From the human T2T-CHM13v2.0 reference genome, Homo sapiens: a stretch of DNA of 64,000 nucleotides. The notes under the pieces were generated by a model that did not search any database, had not been told where the DNA came from, and saw only the letters and a program-made list of their open reading frames with translations. The stretch lies in the NCBI RefSeq assembly GCF_009914755.1, contig NC_060931.1, one strand, 5' to 3'. Both the position numbers and the translations under genes were made by a program. Position 1 is the stretch's first letter. Every line of letters begins with the position of its first letter. This document shows positions 43,840 to 59,319 of this stretch, piece by piece.

Positions 43840-44143
43840 GGCCAGGCGCTGTGGCTCATGCCTGTAATCCCAGCACTTTGGGAGACCAAGGCAGGTGGAT
43901 CACCGGTGGTCAGGAGTTCCAGAGCAGCCTGGCCAACATGGCGAGACCCGGTCTCTACTAAAAATACAAAAAAAAAAAAAAGCTGGGCATGGTGGCAGGC
44001 ACCTGTAGTCCCAGCTACTTAGGAGGCTGAGGCAAGATAATCGCTTGAACCTGGGAGGCAGAGGTTGCAGTGAGCCGAGGTCAAGCCGCTGCACTCCAGC
44101 ATGGGCAATAGAGCGAGACTCCATCTCAAAGAAAAAAAAGGAA
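43840..44143 (+). mobile_element. AluS(x-like)
   Basis: TSD aagaaagctgga at 43828-43839 and 44144-44155. Confidence 0.95.
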
Positions 44144-46094
44144 AAGAAAGCTGGAAACCCCCAAGTCCATTGTACATAACCAAGGAGTCTCTGATAAACA
44201 TACTAAAATTAGTAAAATTAACCACCACCATAGTAGGAAACCTGGATAAACCATTAATGCAAATAAACCAAATATTCACAATTTTGACGAGCTTTACCAT
44301 AAATTCCTATTAACTATCACTTTTTGCTCTTATATGTTTCAAATCTAAATTTAAGCATGTTAGTTTAATACAAAGCTTTTTCTTTGTGTTATCTATTCTC
44401 ATTAAATAACCAATGAAAGTAGAACAAAACCAATATGAAGAATATAAAGCAGGTAGTTTATTAACCTCTAAATTGTATTTATCCAATACTTTAATATGCA
44501 GCACATTGTTACTTTTCAAGTTTAAATAGGTGTTTGCTTTTTATCTAAACTTCCACAAGCTATCTCTAACCTGTATAAGATCAACAAAATGCAAAATAAC
44601 ATCAATTACTTAATTTAAAACACTCTGGAAAGCAAAGCAGCTTTAAGGATCAAAATGAAAGACAGAACTCAGTTCATCATGGTAGCCACAGAATGGAGTT
44701 TCAAGACAATATTAAAAGTCTGTCATTAAGGAGCAACACATTTGTATAACCTCTTCTGACTTAGTAAAAAAAAAATGTATTTAGTATTATTTATCCTTCT
44801 AGGAAATAAAAGAAAAATCATACATTTTTGTTGTATAACATACATAGAGCACACAAATTTTATTATACAGTTTAATAAATATTTTATATACACATGTGAA
44901 CCTCCATCGAGACCAAAGTTTGGAAAATGTATAACACCCAGAAGGTTCCTACGTGCCCCTTCCTAGTCTATTACACACCTCCCGCCAACTGACTGGTGAG
45001 CAAGAAAGCAGAGGAGAATGATGTGAGAAGTTACTAAAATTCTTTTTGCCTTATTATCTGATATGATTTTACTCTTTTTATTTTGTAGACTTGAGTAGGC
45101 CTCATGACAGATAAAATGTAAAACCTGCCTGGTAAGAAGGTATTCTGCTGAGTCTAACCGGACTGAAAATGGCTTGAACACCTTCCAACCTCTTGGTATT
45201 TGAAGTCATACACAGTAGTCTAGACCACTTTTAAGCCATCTTCTCAGACTCAAAAATAAAACAACAGCAAATATTACAAGCAGGTAGAGTTAATAACTGT
45301 CAATGCCGCCCCTACCGGCATTTCACAATCAATCCAAGATGGTTGCACAGAGACAAGAGGAAGTACTGTAATTAGCTTTTCAGGGTAGAGACATTTCCAT
45401 TATTGTTAGCACGGTCACATTAAATTATTTTTGGAACAAATTAGAGTATAAGTAATTTTTTAAAACTTATTAGAAATACATACTTTTCATGTCTCAGATT
45501 GGTCTAGGCTTAGCATCTTATAAGACATAGTCTCTAAGAGCCCTAATAGAAAGCCCCAAGACTTTCTAGAATGAATCATTTACTATTAGTAATACTTTGA
45601 TTTATTCGTGACAGTCGCTGTCTATTTAACCTAGCATGTGTTAGTCTTCTGAGAACGTCAGATATTGCTTTTCTGTGACTTGAGAGGAAAACTGAGACAG
45701 TCCCTGACCTAATGCATTCATTGCCATTTATTGACCCAAGACCATAGCTCTCCTTTGCACTGCAGCTATGTCTTGAGATTTTCTATCTTTTCACACTACA
45801 CTCTTCCCTGGAATATTTTCCCTCAACCCCTCTCAAAGCATATCCTCCTCCTTACTGCCTAAGTCATTCTACTTGCTGTCAGATGGAAAGAACAGGCAAT
45901 CCTGGGTTGGGGGAGGGGTGAAGCAAGAGCAAACCTTACTCTCCTTTCCTTCCTCACCGCCACTATCAGCCCCAGCCTCATTCCTGGAACAAAGTACCCG
46001 AAGGAAAAAATCTGTGACATGGAGATCAAGCGCAAGAGATCATCTGCTTGTGTTTTAAAGACTAACAAGGTAAACAAACCTCTTGTAAGACTAA

Positions 46095-46426
<332 letters not shown>

Positions 46427-46457
46427 AAAATTATTTTCTTTATTAAAAATAAGAAAT

Positions 46458-46765
46458 GGCCAGGTGCAGTGTCTCACATCTGTATCCCAGCACTTTGGGA
46501 GGCCAAAGTGGGAGGATGGCATGAGGTCAGAAGTTCAAGACCAGCTAGGGCAACATAGTCAGACTCCATCTCTACAAAAAATTTAAAAATCAGCTGAGGA
46601 CGGTGGTGCATGCCTGTAGTCCCAGCTAGTTGGGAGGCTTAGGGAGGAGGAGCTTCTGAGCCCAGGAGGTCAAGGCCGCAGTGAGCTATGATCACGCCAC
46701 TGCACTCCAGCCTGGCAATAGAGCAAGACCCTGTATCTAAAAAATAAAATTAAATAAATAAAATA
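46458..46765 (+). mobile_element. AluJ
   Basis: gagcccaggaggtcaaggccgcagtgagctatgatc, a J-type right arm. Confidence 0.9.
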
Positions 46766-46769
46766 AGGA

Positions 46770-48800
46770 GCTAGCTAAAGAGATAATACAGAGTTCTGAA
46801 AATCATGCAGGAATTTTAGGAAAACAATAAATCGAAAAACCTAGATAAGAAAGAAATTTCGTGGAAAAATATAACTTACGAAGTTTGGTGTAATAAATAC
46901 AGAAATTAAATAGATTAGGGCTATTTTAAAAATTGAAAGAGTTATCAAAAAATGTTCCTCATTTTACCTGCCCCACTACCCCCTCCCCAAAAATGTCAAA
47001 GAGGCTAGATGTTTTATAAGTCCATCCTACCTAAATGTTAAGGAAAGACAGTGTCTATTTAGTACAAGATGCTTTAGAAAATATGATGCTATAGCTTTTA
47101 AGGTAACAAAACTAGATAAAAGCAGTACAAGAAAACAAAAAATTTTATCCTAAATTATATTCATGATCATAATGCCAAAATCATTTAAAAACATCTAATT
47201 GCTGCCAGTGGTCTCTTTTATAGAAGTTAAAGTTATTATGGTTTATTGTTAAGAATCAAGAAATTAAGAATTACTCAACATCAGAAAATACATCATTGTA
47301 ATTTCAGTACATTAATTATTTAAATGAGAAAAACCACATTATCATCTCAAAAGATTAAGCAAAAAAAGATGTTCAATGCCTTTTATGATAAAAATGAATT
47401 TCATAGAAAACTAAGAACAGAAAGTAGCTTTTGTAACTGATAAAGATCACCCACCAAGATACCTAGAAAAAAATATTATTCACAATAAAAAAAAATTTAG
47501 AAGCATTCCTTTCAAGAAACAAAGTTATCCATCAGCAACGAAAGTTTTCAACATAATATTGGAAGTACTGACCAACACAATGAGACAAAGAAATAAAATT
47601 AGAAAAAAAAAGAATTAAAAGAAAAAATGCAAACTTACTAATATTTCTACTGATATCATCCCACACACAAAAATTCCAAGAAAATTCACAGGCCAAGTGT
47701 TAAAACTCATAAGAAAGATGGCTGATACACTGTTGAATTAAAAAACCAATAGTATTCTACTACTCTAGCATTAAATAAACAAATACAATAGGATATAAAA
47801 TGCCATTTACAATATCAACAAAAACAGTACATGCAGACTTTTATGCAGAAAACTTTAAAACTTTATTGAAAGATGTAAGGGAAGACTTAAGTAAATGGAG
47901 AGGCATGTTATATTCATGAACAGAATAATTCAATACTCTAATAATGTTAATTTTCCAAAATTAATGTACCAATTCAATGTAATTCAAATTAAAATAATAG
48001 AAATACTATTTTAAGGAATCTTGTTGTCATGTTAATTTCATGTCAACTTACCTAAGCCACAGTAACCAGATATTTGGTCAAACATTCTAGATGCTTCTAT
48101 GAAAGTATTTTTTTAATGAGATTAACATTTAACTCAGTAGACTTTGAGTAAAGCAAACATGAGTGGGCCTCATCCAACTTGCTGAAGACTCTAAAAAGAA
48201 AAAAGAAGAACCTTCCCAGAACAGGAAGAATTTGACCTCAGCCTGCCTTTGGACTTGAGCTTAAACATCAACTGCTCCCTGGGTCTCTAGCCTGTCAGCC
48301 TACCCTGCAAATTGGTGCAAATTGGGACTTGCCAGCCTCCAATTCACAATTCACGTGAGAATAAAATAAATCTCAATCTCTCTCCCCCACTCACACACTC
48401 CCTTTTGTTCTGTTTCTTTGGAGAATCTTGACTAATATACTTATAAAAATGATTCAATAATTAATTTTGAAGGATAAAGATCCACAAATTACTAAGGATA
48501 GTTGGAAAGAACAGGGGCAATGGATAGCAGACTGCCCCTGTTAGAATCCGAAATATATAATACTTAAAGATGCAGTCATTAAAATAGTGAAAGCCAGTGG
48601 AAATGAATAACAGAACAGAATAGACTCAAAGATACGAGTACATGAACTACGGTGATGTGGCATTATAAATTATTGGAGAAATGATGGATAATTTAGCCAA
48701 AGAGGCTGGGAATATTTCCCACTATATAGAGAAAAATAAAATCAGTATTCTACCTCACGTCATACACAAAGGAACAAGAAATAAAAATACAAATATAAAT
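46770..48800 (+). mobile_element. Highly degraded L1M ORF2 relic with nested MLT2
   Basis: A-rich ORF2 remnants (gaaaaaccacattatcatctcaa, gacttaagtaaatggagaggcatg). Boundaries approximate. Confidence 0.7.
48025..48439 (+). mobile_element. MLT2 (ERVL) solo LTR
   Basis: gttaatttcatgtcaact...gagattaacattt...agtagactttgagtaaagc...gttctgtttctttggagaa...tgactaata. Confidence 0.82.
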
Positions 48801-49476
48801 ATTAGTGGGCTGAAAGGGAGGAGAGAGTAAGTATTTCTTCCCATCTCTTTTTCTCAATCAGTGTCTGGCAATAGCTAGTAATTCCTTTGAGCTTCCATTT
48901 CCTACTGAGAAGCACTCTCTCCAGGCGAACCTGTCCCTGTGGCTCCAACTCAGACAGGCAGCCCTCACTGAGGCTCCAACTCTCCTGGAGCGATTCCCTT
49001 CTCCAGAGTTCTAGTTCTGCCGTATGACCCTCCCACCATGCCCATCAACAGGCCTCTCAGGTGGCCACTTCTCCCAGGTTCCAGCTCTGTTTTATAGCCT
49101 GAGCTCCTTGATGCTAATAACACCATCTTCTCTCGCTGTCCCTCTAGCCCTAGAGGTGACAGAGACTTCCTGCAGTTGTCGATTTATGAATTGCTAATCT
49201 ATGGGTTGACCTCTTTTCAGTTCTTCTAGCATCCCATAACTAGCCTCCTGTACTAAATAGCCTCAATGGATCTATCTCCTATTGAATTATTTTCCTCTTT
49301 GATATACTCAGCTAGTCACCAAAATGAGAAATTTTACTTACATAATTTGCAGTGGCACCAATATCAGCTAATTCATAGTTTTTGACACAACATTTTACAA
49401 GCTATTTTACTGTCAGGAACATCTATCATTAAGATTTTTTTCATTTTATCAAGAATTAACATTTCTAGGCACTGGG

Positions 49477-49803
<327 letters not shown>

Positions 49804-49932
49804 TAAAGCTCCATGGTAAAACATGCTGTAGGGAACCTAAATGCTATTAGTAGTGGTGGTATTAATTATTGTCCACACTAATAAATATTTATAGCAAAAA
49901 TAATTCGATAAATTCAGTTTCCTCATATGTAA

Positions 49933-50312
<380 letters not shown>

Positions 50313-51430
50313 TTGTACCTACAATTCTATAATCATGTTCTCAAATTCCACCTCCTCCCATCTAGAGCCCTGTTTCTTTCCTTGACTATATAAGTGATGT
50401 GATATTGTCCAGCCACTCTAAACTGCTAGAGAGTGAAAAAGAAAGAACTGCATTTGAAAAACCTCCCTTCTGCAAATTAAAAAAAATAGTAGCAATTATT
50501 GCATACTTACTATAAGTCAAAAATTTTTCTATGAAAAAGTCTTGTAAAAATCTCAAAACTCTCATTGGGATTACTTGTATACATGTGTCTTTTTTCACTT
50601 TTGTTTAATGAAAGTAGATTCTAGTCACTACCAAAGTGAGTTTATGAGAAGCAGGAAAAAAAAAAAGCCACTCTTGTGGACCTGTCCAGTTTCATAGCTG
50701 TTAGTGAGATTTAGACTCGTATTCATGATGCGGTTTGAGAAAAAAATCATTTGTATGCTTTAAAGGTAGCTATATGGACAATCATTCCTCTAAAATCTGC
50801 AATATTCTGGCAGTATAGTGACAGAATCAATAAAATATAATGGAGCAATGGAATAAAATAGATTTGTATAATTCTGGAACAAAAGAAATATACCCTATCC
50901 ATCTTTTAATACTGGTCCAGTAGAATTCGTCCCTTATATAAGACTGATTTTTTATCTTGTGAAGCAGGAAGTGGAGAACTAAGTAGAATGTAATGCTAAG
51001 ACAGTACACACTAAGTCACAACGAAACACAATCCAGACCCACATACGATGTATCATCCACTAGGACAACACAGGCAAAGAAGCAAGAAAACATCATCCAT
51101 AATAAAATGAAAAAAACAAAATTATTGCTGAGTGAACTTAAGAGCAAATTGAAAGCTGCAGAAAAAAAGAGGCCAGTGAAGATAAAAACAGATGAATAGA
51201 AATTACCGTATCTGAAAAACAGAGACAGAAATGTTTTATTCTATTTCATGGCCTATGAGACAATAACAAGCAATCTAAAATACATTTAATTAAATCCCAG
51301 AAGCAGAGAAAGGGAGAATTGAGCATAAAATACATGAATAAAAATATTCCTAGTTCGTTGGGGAAAAAAATAAACCTTTAGGTCCAAGGAGACCAGTGGA
51401 CCTAAAACAGCATAAATGCAAAGAAAACCA

Positions 51431-51897
51431 CTGTGGTGGGCAGAACAGTGCTCACCACTACAACCACCAAAAATGATGCCCATGTTCTAACTCCCAGGAA
51501 CCACACAAACCTCATGGAGCAAAAGGGCCTTTTCAGGTGTAAGTAAACTAAGGTTGTTGAGATAGGAAGATTATTCTGGATTGTCTTAGTGGACCCAATG
51601 TAGTCTCAATGGTCCTTATAAAGAAAAATTAGGGTCTAGAGAATGAAAGTCAGAGAGGACAATGCAAGAATAGAAACAGGCTGGAGTGGCACAGGACTGT
51701 AAGCCAAAGAATGTGGGCAGCCTCCAGTAGCTGAAAAAGACAAGGAAACTAATTCTTCCATAGAATCTCCAGAGGGAACACAGGCCTACAAACCCATTTT
51801 AGACTTCTGATCTCCATGAATTTAAAATAATAAATGTATGTTGTCTTAAGCCACTGTTGTGGTCATTTGTTCTCAGCAGCAATAAGAAAGTAATACA
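51431..51897 (+). mobile_element. MaLR solo LTR (MLT1D-like)
   Basis: tgtggtgggcagaa...gagataggaagattattctggatt...gcagcaataagaaagtaataca. Confidence 0.8.
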
Positions 51898-51929
51898 GCT
51901 ACAAAGAGGTTTAAAACTAAAGATAAACT

Positions 51930-52670
51930 AGTACAATCACCATGGAGAGGAATATGGAGGTTCCTCAAAAAACAACAAATGGAAGTATCATATGATCCAG
52001 CAATTGCACTACTGGGCATTTATCCAATAGAAAGGAAACCAGTATATTGAAGAGACATCTGTAACCCCCATGTTTATTGCAGCACTGCTCCAATAGCCAA
52101 GATATGGAAACTGCCTAGGTGTCCAACAACAAAAAATAAAAAAAAAAATGTAGTATGTATACACAATGGAATATTATTCAGCCATTAAAAAGAATGAAAT
52201 CTTGTGGCAACATGGATGAAACTGGAGAACATTATGCTAAATAAAATAAGATAGGAAGAGAACGTTAACCACCACACATTCTCGTTAATTTGTGGAAGCT
52301 AGGAAAAGTTGATCTCACAGAAGTAAAAAGTAGAACAGAGGATACTAGAGGCTAGAAAGGGTGAAGGAAAGGGAGGGACAGGAAAAAACTTGTTAAAGGA
52401 TACAAAATTAAAACAAGATAGAAGAAATAAATTTTAGTGTTCTATACCACTGTAGGATGACTATAGTTGACAGTAATATCTAGTTTCAAAAAACTAGGAG
52501 GAGGATATTAAATGTTCCCAACACAAAGAAATGACAAATGTTTGAGATGATCGATATGCTAATTATCCTGATTTGATCACTGTACATTATATGTGTTGAA
52601 GCATCATTATGTATTCCATCAATATGCACAATTACTACTCATAAATTAAAATTTTGATTTTTAAAAAAAC
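51930..52670 (+). mobile_element. L1MA 3' fragment
   Basis: tatggaggttcctcaaaaa...catatgatccagcaat...cccaacacaaagaaatgacaaatgtttgag. Confidence 0.85.
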
Positions 52671-53195
52671 AACAAATAAAGAGAAAATCTCAAGAACAGA
52701 GAAAAAAAGACACACTATATACAAGGAAATAATGATGCAAATGACAGCTGACTTTTCATTATAAAATATGGAGGCCAGAAGAAAACAAAACAACTATTTA
52801 AAGAGCTAAAGCAAGACGAACAAAAACAAACCTGTCAGTCCAGAATTCAGAATTCTATATCTACAAAAACATAATTCAAAGAATGAGGATAAAATAAAGA
52901 CATTTTCAGAAAAATAAAATTTAAAACTATTTGTTGCCAACAGAACTTCACTATAAGAAATGTTAGAGGAAATCATTGAAATTAAAGAAAAATGACGCCA
53001 GATGGAAACTTGGATCAACAGGAAGGAGTGAATAGCACTGGAAAGGGAGACAGGTGGGTAACAAAGGACTTTCTATTTGTCTTTCATCTCTTAATTTCTT
53101 TAAAAGTAACAATTGTTCAAAGCAAATACATTAATGCTGATTTGTGGAGCTCATATGGAATGTGAAAGATGTATGGAAGTAAGAGTATAAGGTAA

Positions 53196-53488
53196 TGCTG
53201 GGCACAGTGGCTCACGCCTGTAATCCCAACACTTTGGGAGGCCAAGGTGGGCAGATCACCAGAGGTCAGGAGTTCGAGACCAGCCTGGCCAACATGGTGA
53301 AACCTCGCCTCTACTAAAAATACAAAAATTAGCCGGCCCTTGTGGCGGGCACCTATAATCCCAGCTATTCAGGAGGCTGAGGCAGGAGAATCACCTGAAC
53401 CTAGGAGACAGAGGTTGCAGTGGCCAAGATCATGCCACTGCACTCCAGTCTGGGCAACAAGAGCAAAACTCCATATCAAAAAATAAAA
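53196..53488 (+). mobile_element. AluS
   Basis: TSD aagag(t/c)ataaggtaa at 53181-53195 and 53489-53503. Confidence 0.95.
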
Positions 53489-55758
53489 AAGAGCATAAGG
53501 TAAGAAAGAGAAGAAGGATTATGAGAAAAAGATAGGTAAATTGATAAAATTACTTGTATCCAGAATGGAGGGGGGATCCTACAAACAGTAAAATATTAAT
53601 AGCATTGTAAACATAAACTCAACAATTTAGACAAAATAATGAACAAGTTTCATGAAATATTTAACTTAATAAAGTTGACTCAAGAAGAAATAGATAATAT
53701 GAATAATTCTATATCTATACTTGCCTTAAAGAAATCTCAAAGCCAAATAGTATATTAGGAAATTTTATGAAATATATAAGGAAAAAAATCATAGTACCAG
53801 TCTTCACAAATTCTTTCAGGAAATAGAAGAGAATGTCATTTCTTGTCTCAGATTCCAAGGCCAGTAGAACCTTTATATCAAAACCCAATCAAATTATGCA
53901 AGAAAAGAAATTTATTTATCGCTCTCCCTCATAATCATAATCACAAAAATGCTTAACAAAATATTAGTAAACTGTATCTAGCAATATAAAAATGATAATA
54001 AATCAAGCCTAAGAGGGGCTTATCCTAGAAATGCAAGATCAGTATAAGATTTTTAAAAATTAATGAAATTAGTGATATAAACAAAAGAAAGGGGAAAATT
54101 GTATGTCAATTTCACAGATACAAAAAACCTTTGATAAAATACACCACTCATTTGTGATCAAAAGCTCTCAGGAAAGTAGGAATGAAATGGAAATTCCTTC
54201 ATCATATAAAGGACACTAATAAAAAAAAACTACAATTAAGCATATTTTATGAAAAATATGGAATGCTTCCCCATGTAATCAGGAACAATACAAACATGTG
54301 CATTCTTATCATTTTTATTCAACATCTTAGTGAACATCCAAGAAAAAGAAATTTTAAAGAATTTTCTAGAGTGGCATAAAAATTTTTTAAATAAAAAATA
54401 AAAATGGAAAGGCATGTAAGGAAACAGTAAAACTCTATTTCAAACAATATAATTGTGGTTGCAGAAAAACCTAAGGAATCTATTAAAAAAAACAAGCTAC
54501 TGGATCTAATAAGTCAATTTAGCAAAGTTATGAGACAAGGTCAATAAACAAATATGTATTTGTATATGTATAGACACACATATAGTTATTTCTATATATT
54601 AGCAATAATTAAATGTAAAATTTAAATTACTGTTTAAGATAGCATTAAAAATACTTAGAAATAAATTTAACAAAAGGTGTGCAAAAACCTGAAAATTGCA
54701 CTGAAGCTACAAAACATTGTTGATGGATATTAAATACCTAAATAAATGGAGAAATATACCATGTTCATGGATTGGAACATTCATATTGTTCATATTCCAA
54801 TTCCTCCCCAAATTATCTAAAACTTAAATGCAATTCCAATTAAAATCCTAATTTTTTGCAGATAATAACAGATTCTAATATTTATATGCAAATGCCCAAA
54901 GATCTAGAACAAGGAAAACACTGTTAGAACAATAAAGTGATTCATATTACCAGATTCAAGGGTTACCATACAGCTAATTAAGACAGTGTGGTATTGGCAA
55001 TGAGGATAAACAAATCAATGGAACAGAATAGAATCTAGACACCAAGCAAAAGCACCAAAGCAATTTTACAGAAAAGGAAAGTTTATTCAACAAATAGTGC
55101 TGGAAAAAGCTGGATAAATGCATTTTTTATGAATGAATATGTATCTTACACAATACACAAAAATTAATTTGAGCTGAATCATATACTTACATATAAAAGC
55201 CAAAATTATAAATCTTCAAGAAGAAAATATAGGAGAATGGCCTCCCAATCTTTCTGGGAGTAATCAAAGATTTCTTAGGAAGCACACAAAAAGCTCTAAT
55301 ACAAATTAAGCCTTTTTCATAAAATTGGATGTTTAAAACATGCTCATCAAAACAAACACTAAAAACACAAAAAGGAAAAGTATAAACAAAAAGAATTTAT
55401 TTTTAATAAATAAATCTGTCAGAAGACTTGTATCCAGAATATATCTCTTCTATTTCAACAATAAATGATAAACAGCCCATTAAAATATGCAAAAAAACAC
55501 ATTTGACTTCTTTTAAAAAAAACAAAATGGTAACAATAAAAATAAACTTATCCTTACTCTCAAATGTTGTTGTTTGTAAGGACATAATTGTCTGTTCCAG
55601 AATTTTATCTGTATAAAACATATATAATTCCTTTACTTCCTTCCAGGGATGGAAGTTTATTCTCTTCCCTGTTTCATCAAGTATAATATTTAAACATCAT
55701 TTATGTCTGTATCCATTAACACATTTTCAACATCTGTTGGATATTTAAATCACTTCTC

Positions 55759-55887
55759 TGAGCACAAGGGCGGTCCCTCGTGCCACCTGGAATGCAGCTG
55801 GCTGGCCTTCAGCGACCCCCAACGCCTTGCGGGGCTCCTACCGCCCCCACCGCCACAGTCGCGGCCGGCCCCAGGAACTCTGTCTAC
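55759..55887. other. CpG-rich orphan insertion flanked by 13-bp direct repeats
   Basis: taaatcacttctc at 55746-55758 and 55888-55900. Ten CpGs in about 110 bp within very AT-rich DNA. Confidence 0.75.
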
Positions 55888-57924
55888 TAAATCACTTCTC
55901 ATCCAGGAACTCTATATGCCGCTCTTGGGCAAGTAAACAGTATGACATTTCTAAAAAATAATTCTATAATTTTTAGTAAGAGGCTTCAAAATGCTTATGT
56001 CATTGTAATTTCCTTAGGATTTGCCATAAGAAAATAATTTGAAATGTGAAGAGAGGTTTACAAACAATTATGTTAATTACAGGATTATCTGCAATATAAA
56101 ACATCAAAAACCTAAAAGCTTCATAAAGGAAACTTTGCATAAAATAATTATTACATAAATTAGGCTATATTTATACAATAAAAAAGTAGGTAGCCATTTG
56201 TAGTATGGGTTTTCCTTATAATATGGTTTCATGTATTTTTAAAAATGTAAAAATAAAGCAATTAGAAACACATCAAATATAGTTATTTATTTATGAGTCA
56301 TAAAATTATAACTGATAATTTACTTTAATTCTTATGTATATTATCAAAATAAGCATACATTTAATATTACCTTTTTCTTAAAACAAAGATATATGGTAAG
56401 TGTAAAACTTCAACCCTGAGAATTTCTCCATGTCCTTTTTACTCACTGGATAACCTCTTGCTTTCCTAATTCATAACTATAAAGAAACTTACACAGTTTT
56501 ATTTCAATTAACAAAAAGAAAGCTGGACGTGCCTTCTTTAAAGTTTACGAGACTGAAATCTTTGGATTTCATACTGAATGGCAAATTAGGTTCCCAATTC
56601 CTCTGACTGAATAATGCTTTGAACGTCTTGAGAAGTTTAAATTACTTAGAAACAAACTCAACATGAAAGGACCTTAGAAACAATAATGGCAGAAAATTGT
56701 GGCAGAAATAAATACAAATTACAATGTCTGATTATGGTCTGTGTAAACTCCAAAAAGGTAATCAGATTACCCAGCACCCAATGAAGAATCATCTTAATTA
56801 GCAGGAATGCATTTCAACCAGTAAAATGAATTGAAGACTTCTACTTTGAAATTTGCAATTACAAGATAAAGAGTCTAAAAGAAACAGTCTTTTTTCTCAT
56901 TCCAGTAATTCTATTTCAAAGCTCTCTTATAATAAAAGTGCCATTCTGAATTTTCAATTTTTTGGATTTCACTGAAATCATAAGCAATGTACAAATATAT
57001 TTATTAGTGTATTCCATGATTTTAAGTTTATAGCCTTTAATTACTACACACATATAAATTTCTAAGAAAAATAGTTTGTTTCTAAAAAGCTTGACCTACT
57101 GGTTATGTTTTTAATTATATAGCAGCTATATTAAATATGCAAAAATATATACACATATACCCAAATAACTATATTTGTCTGTTTACATAATCATCTTAAA
57201 CAAATGTTTGAGTTTTCAAATAATTTACTTCCTTAGAAATATAAGCAATATAGTAGTTCAAGAAATGTGAAATTGAAGACTGCAAATTAGATTATTTCAT
57301 CCTGAATGAAAAAAAAATACAATGCTTTACTGCTATATGAGTAGCAAGTAGTAAGATAAAATGTGTCTAAAAAGAGAGAAATATATGCCAGTATACATTT
57401 AGAGGTCATAGAATGTTCAAAACCATACAGTTTAAACTCCATTTAATTTTGCTTTTCTTAGATAGCATTCTCTTTCTTGGAAGCAATTAGAGTCACTGGA
57501 ATCTGAGATTCAATCATGCATTTGATGCTAGCTGATGATGTATATGGATTACCTTATTCACATGATGAAAAGAGAAAAAAATAATGGACCTAATTTTAGT
57601 ATTCCATTTCCTTTTTTGCCAACTACCATCTGCGATTATTTCTCTTTTTCCTACAAATGATAGGAGAAGAATAAAAAGGATCTGGCAGAACCCCTCCCTC
57701 TCCAAAACAATCTCTCCTGAAAAGATCTCCTGAACTCTAAACATATATTTTAAATTGCCCATTTCTATATTTCCTTAGATGTCTTACAGAGATTTTGAAT
57801 TTAAAATAGATAAAACACAGTGTATTTCTTTTGAGATATTCTCTCTTTTATGTTTTCTATCTCATTTAATGCATTTATCCTTTACCTAGCTATCTAGGTA
57901 AAGAAGGATAGAATTAGAATATCA

Positions 57925-58221
<297 letters not shown>

Positions 58222-58279
58222 AGAATTAGAATATCACTATTTTGCAACCCTTAATGTTTCCTACATCCAGACATTGACC

Positions 58280-59020
58280 ATCAATATCTGCCAACATTAA
58301 AAAAGGAGAAAGAAAGCCAGACATTATATATTCTTTTTTAGAAAAAGAAAACACTGCTTACAAAGTAGATTTGGGGGAAAATATATGTAGTGTATGTAGA
58401 TCCAGCTATCAAGTACAGAAAAAAGAAAGAAGCACATTTTAATAAATGCCTCAGGGATCCTATCTGCAAAATTCAGACTCAGAAACTTGACAGGACAAAT
58501 GACCAGTTTCTTCAATAAATAAATGAGGAAGAGTTGAAGGGGAAACTACGGAGAGTTTAAGGTCATATCAACCAACCACAATGTGTAAGTTTTATCTGGA
58601 TTCCGACTCAAAGAAACTGCATAAGAAAATAAATGATATTTGTGAGACAACTGGAAATTCAAACTCTGAGTAAATATTTAGTGATATTCAGGTACTATTA
58701 TTTTCATTTTTTTAAATAATATACTGTTATTGTGGTTGTGTTTATAAAAGAAAGTATCTTTTAAAAGTCCATTTCGAATTATTGATGGATAAAATGATAT
58801 ATATGCTATGCATATGATGTATATATGACATATATTGTATATACGTAATGTCTAGGATTTGCTCCAGAATAATATAATGGAAGAGGTTGTAGGTGGGACA
58901 AATATAAGATTGTCCATGAATTGAAAATTATAAAAGCTGAGTGATGATACTTGGGAGTTTGTTGTATTATTTTGTCTATTTTTACACTGAAACCTTCCCA
59001 TATAAATATTTATCTTTAAA
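58280..59020 (+). mobile_element. Old L1MC-like 3' region
   Basis: acaggacaaatgaccagtttcttcaataaataa...atgtctaggatttgctccagaataat. Confidence 0.6.
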
Positions 59021-59319
59021 AAAATTTTACTAACTCCTCAAGAATGCTGAATAAAGTAAATGCTCCTAGATCAGTGCTGTGATGCACTCTATGATCTGGC
59101 CCTTACCCACATCTTTAGCACCACCTGTGATCACTCTCTCTTTTCACCTACATTTAAACTACATGAAACTACTTATAGTTCCCACAAAGCACTACAATTC
59201 CTCCTACTTCCAAATGTTTGTAAATTTTCCTTTTTCCAGAATGCCAAGTTCCATTCTTCTTCTCCTGGTAAAATTCAGTCAGTCACGTCACGCATTGCCA
59301 ACTGCATGCCACAGGCTCC

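Larger units (their letters stand above)
50960..55560 (+). mobile_element. Degraded L1M (ORF1/ORF2 relics) with nested MLT1, a younger L1 and an Alu
   Basis: ORF1-like agctgacttttcatt...ggaggccagaag. ORF2-like aataaatggagaaatataccatgttcatggattgg. Confidence 0.8.
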
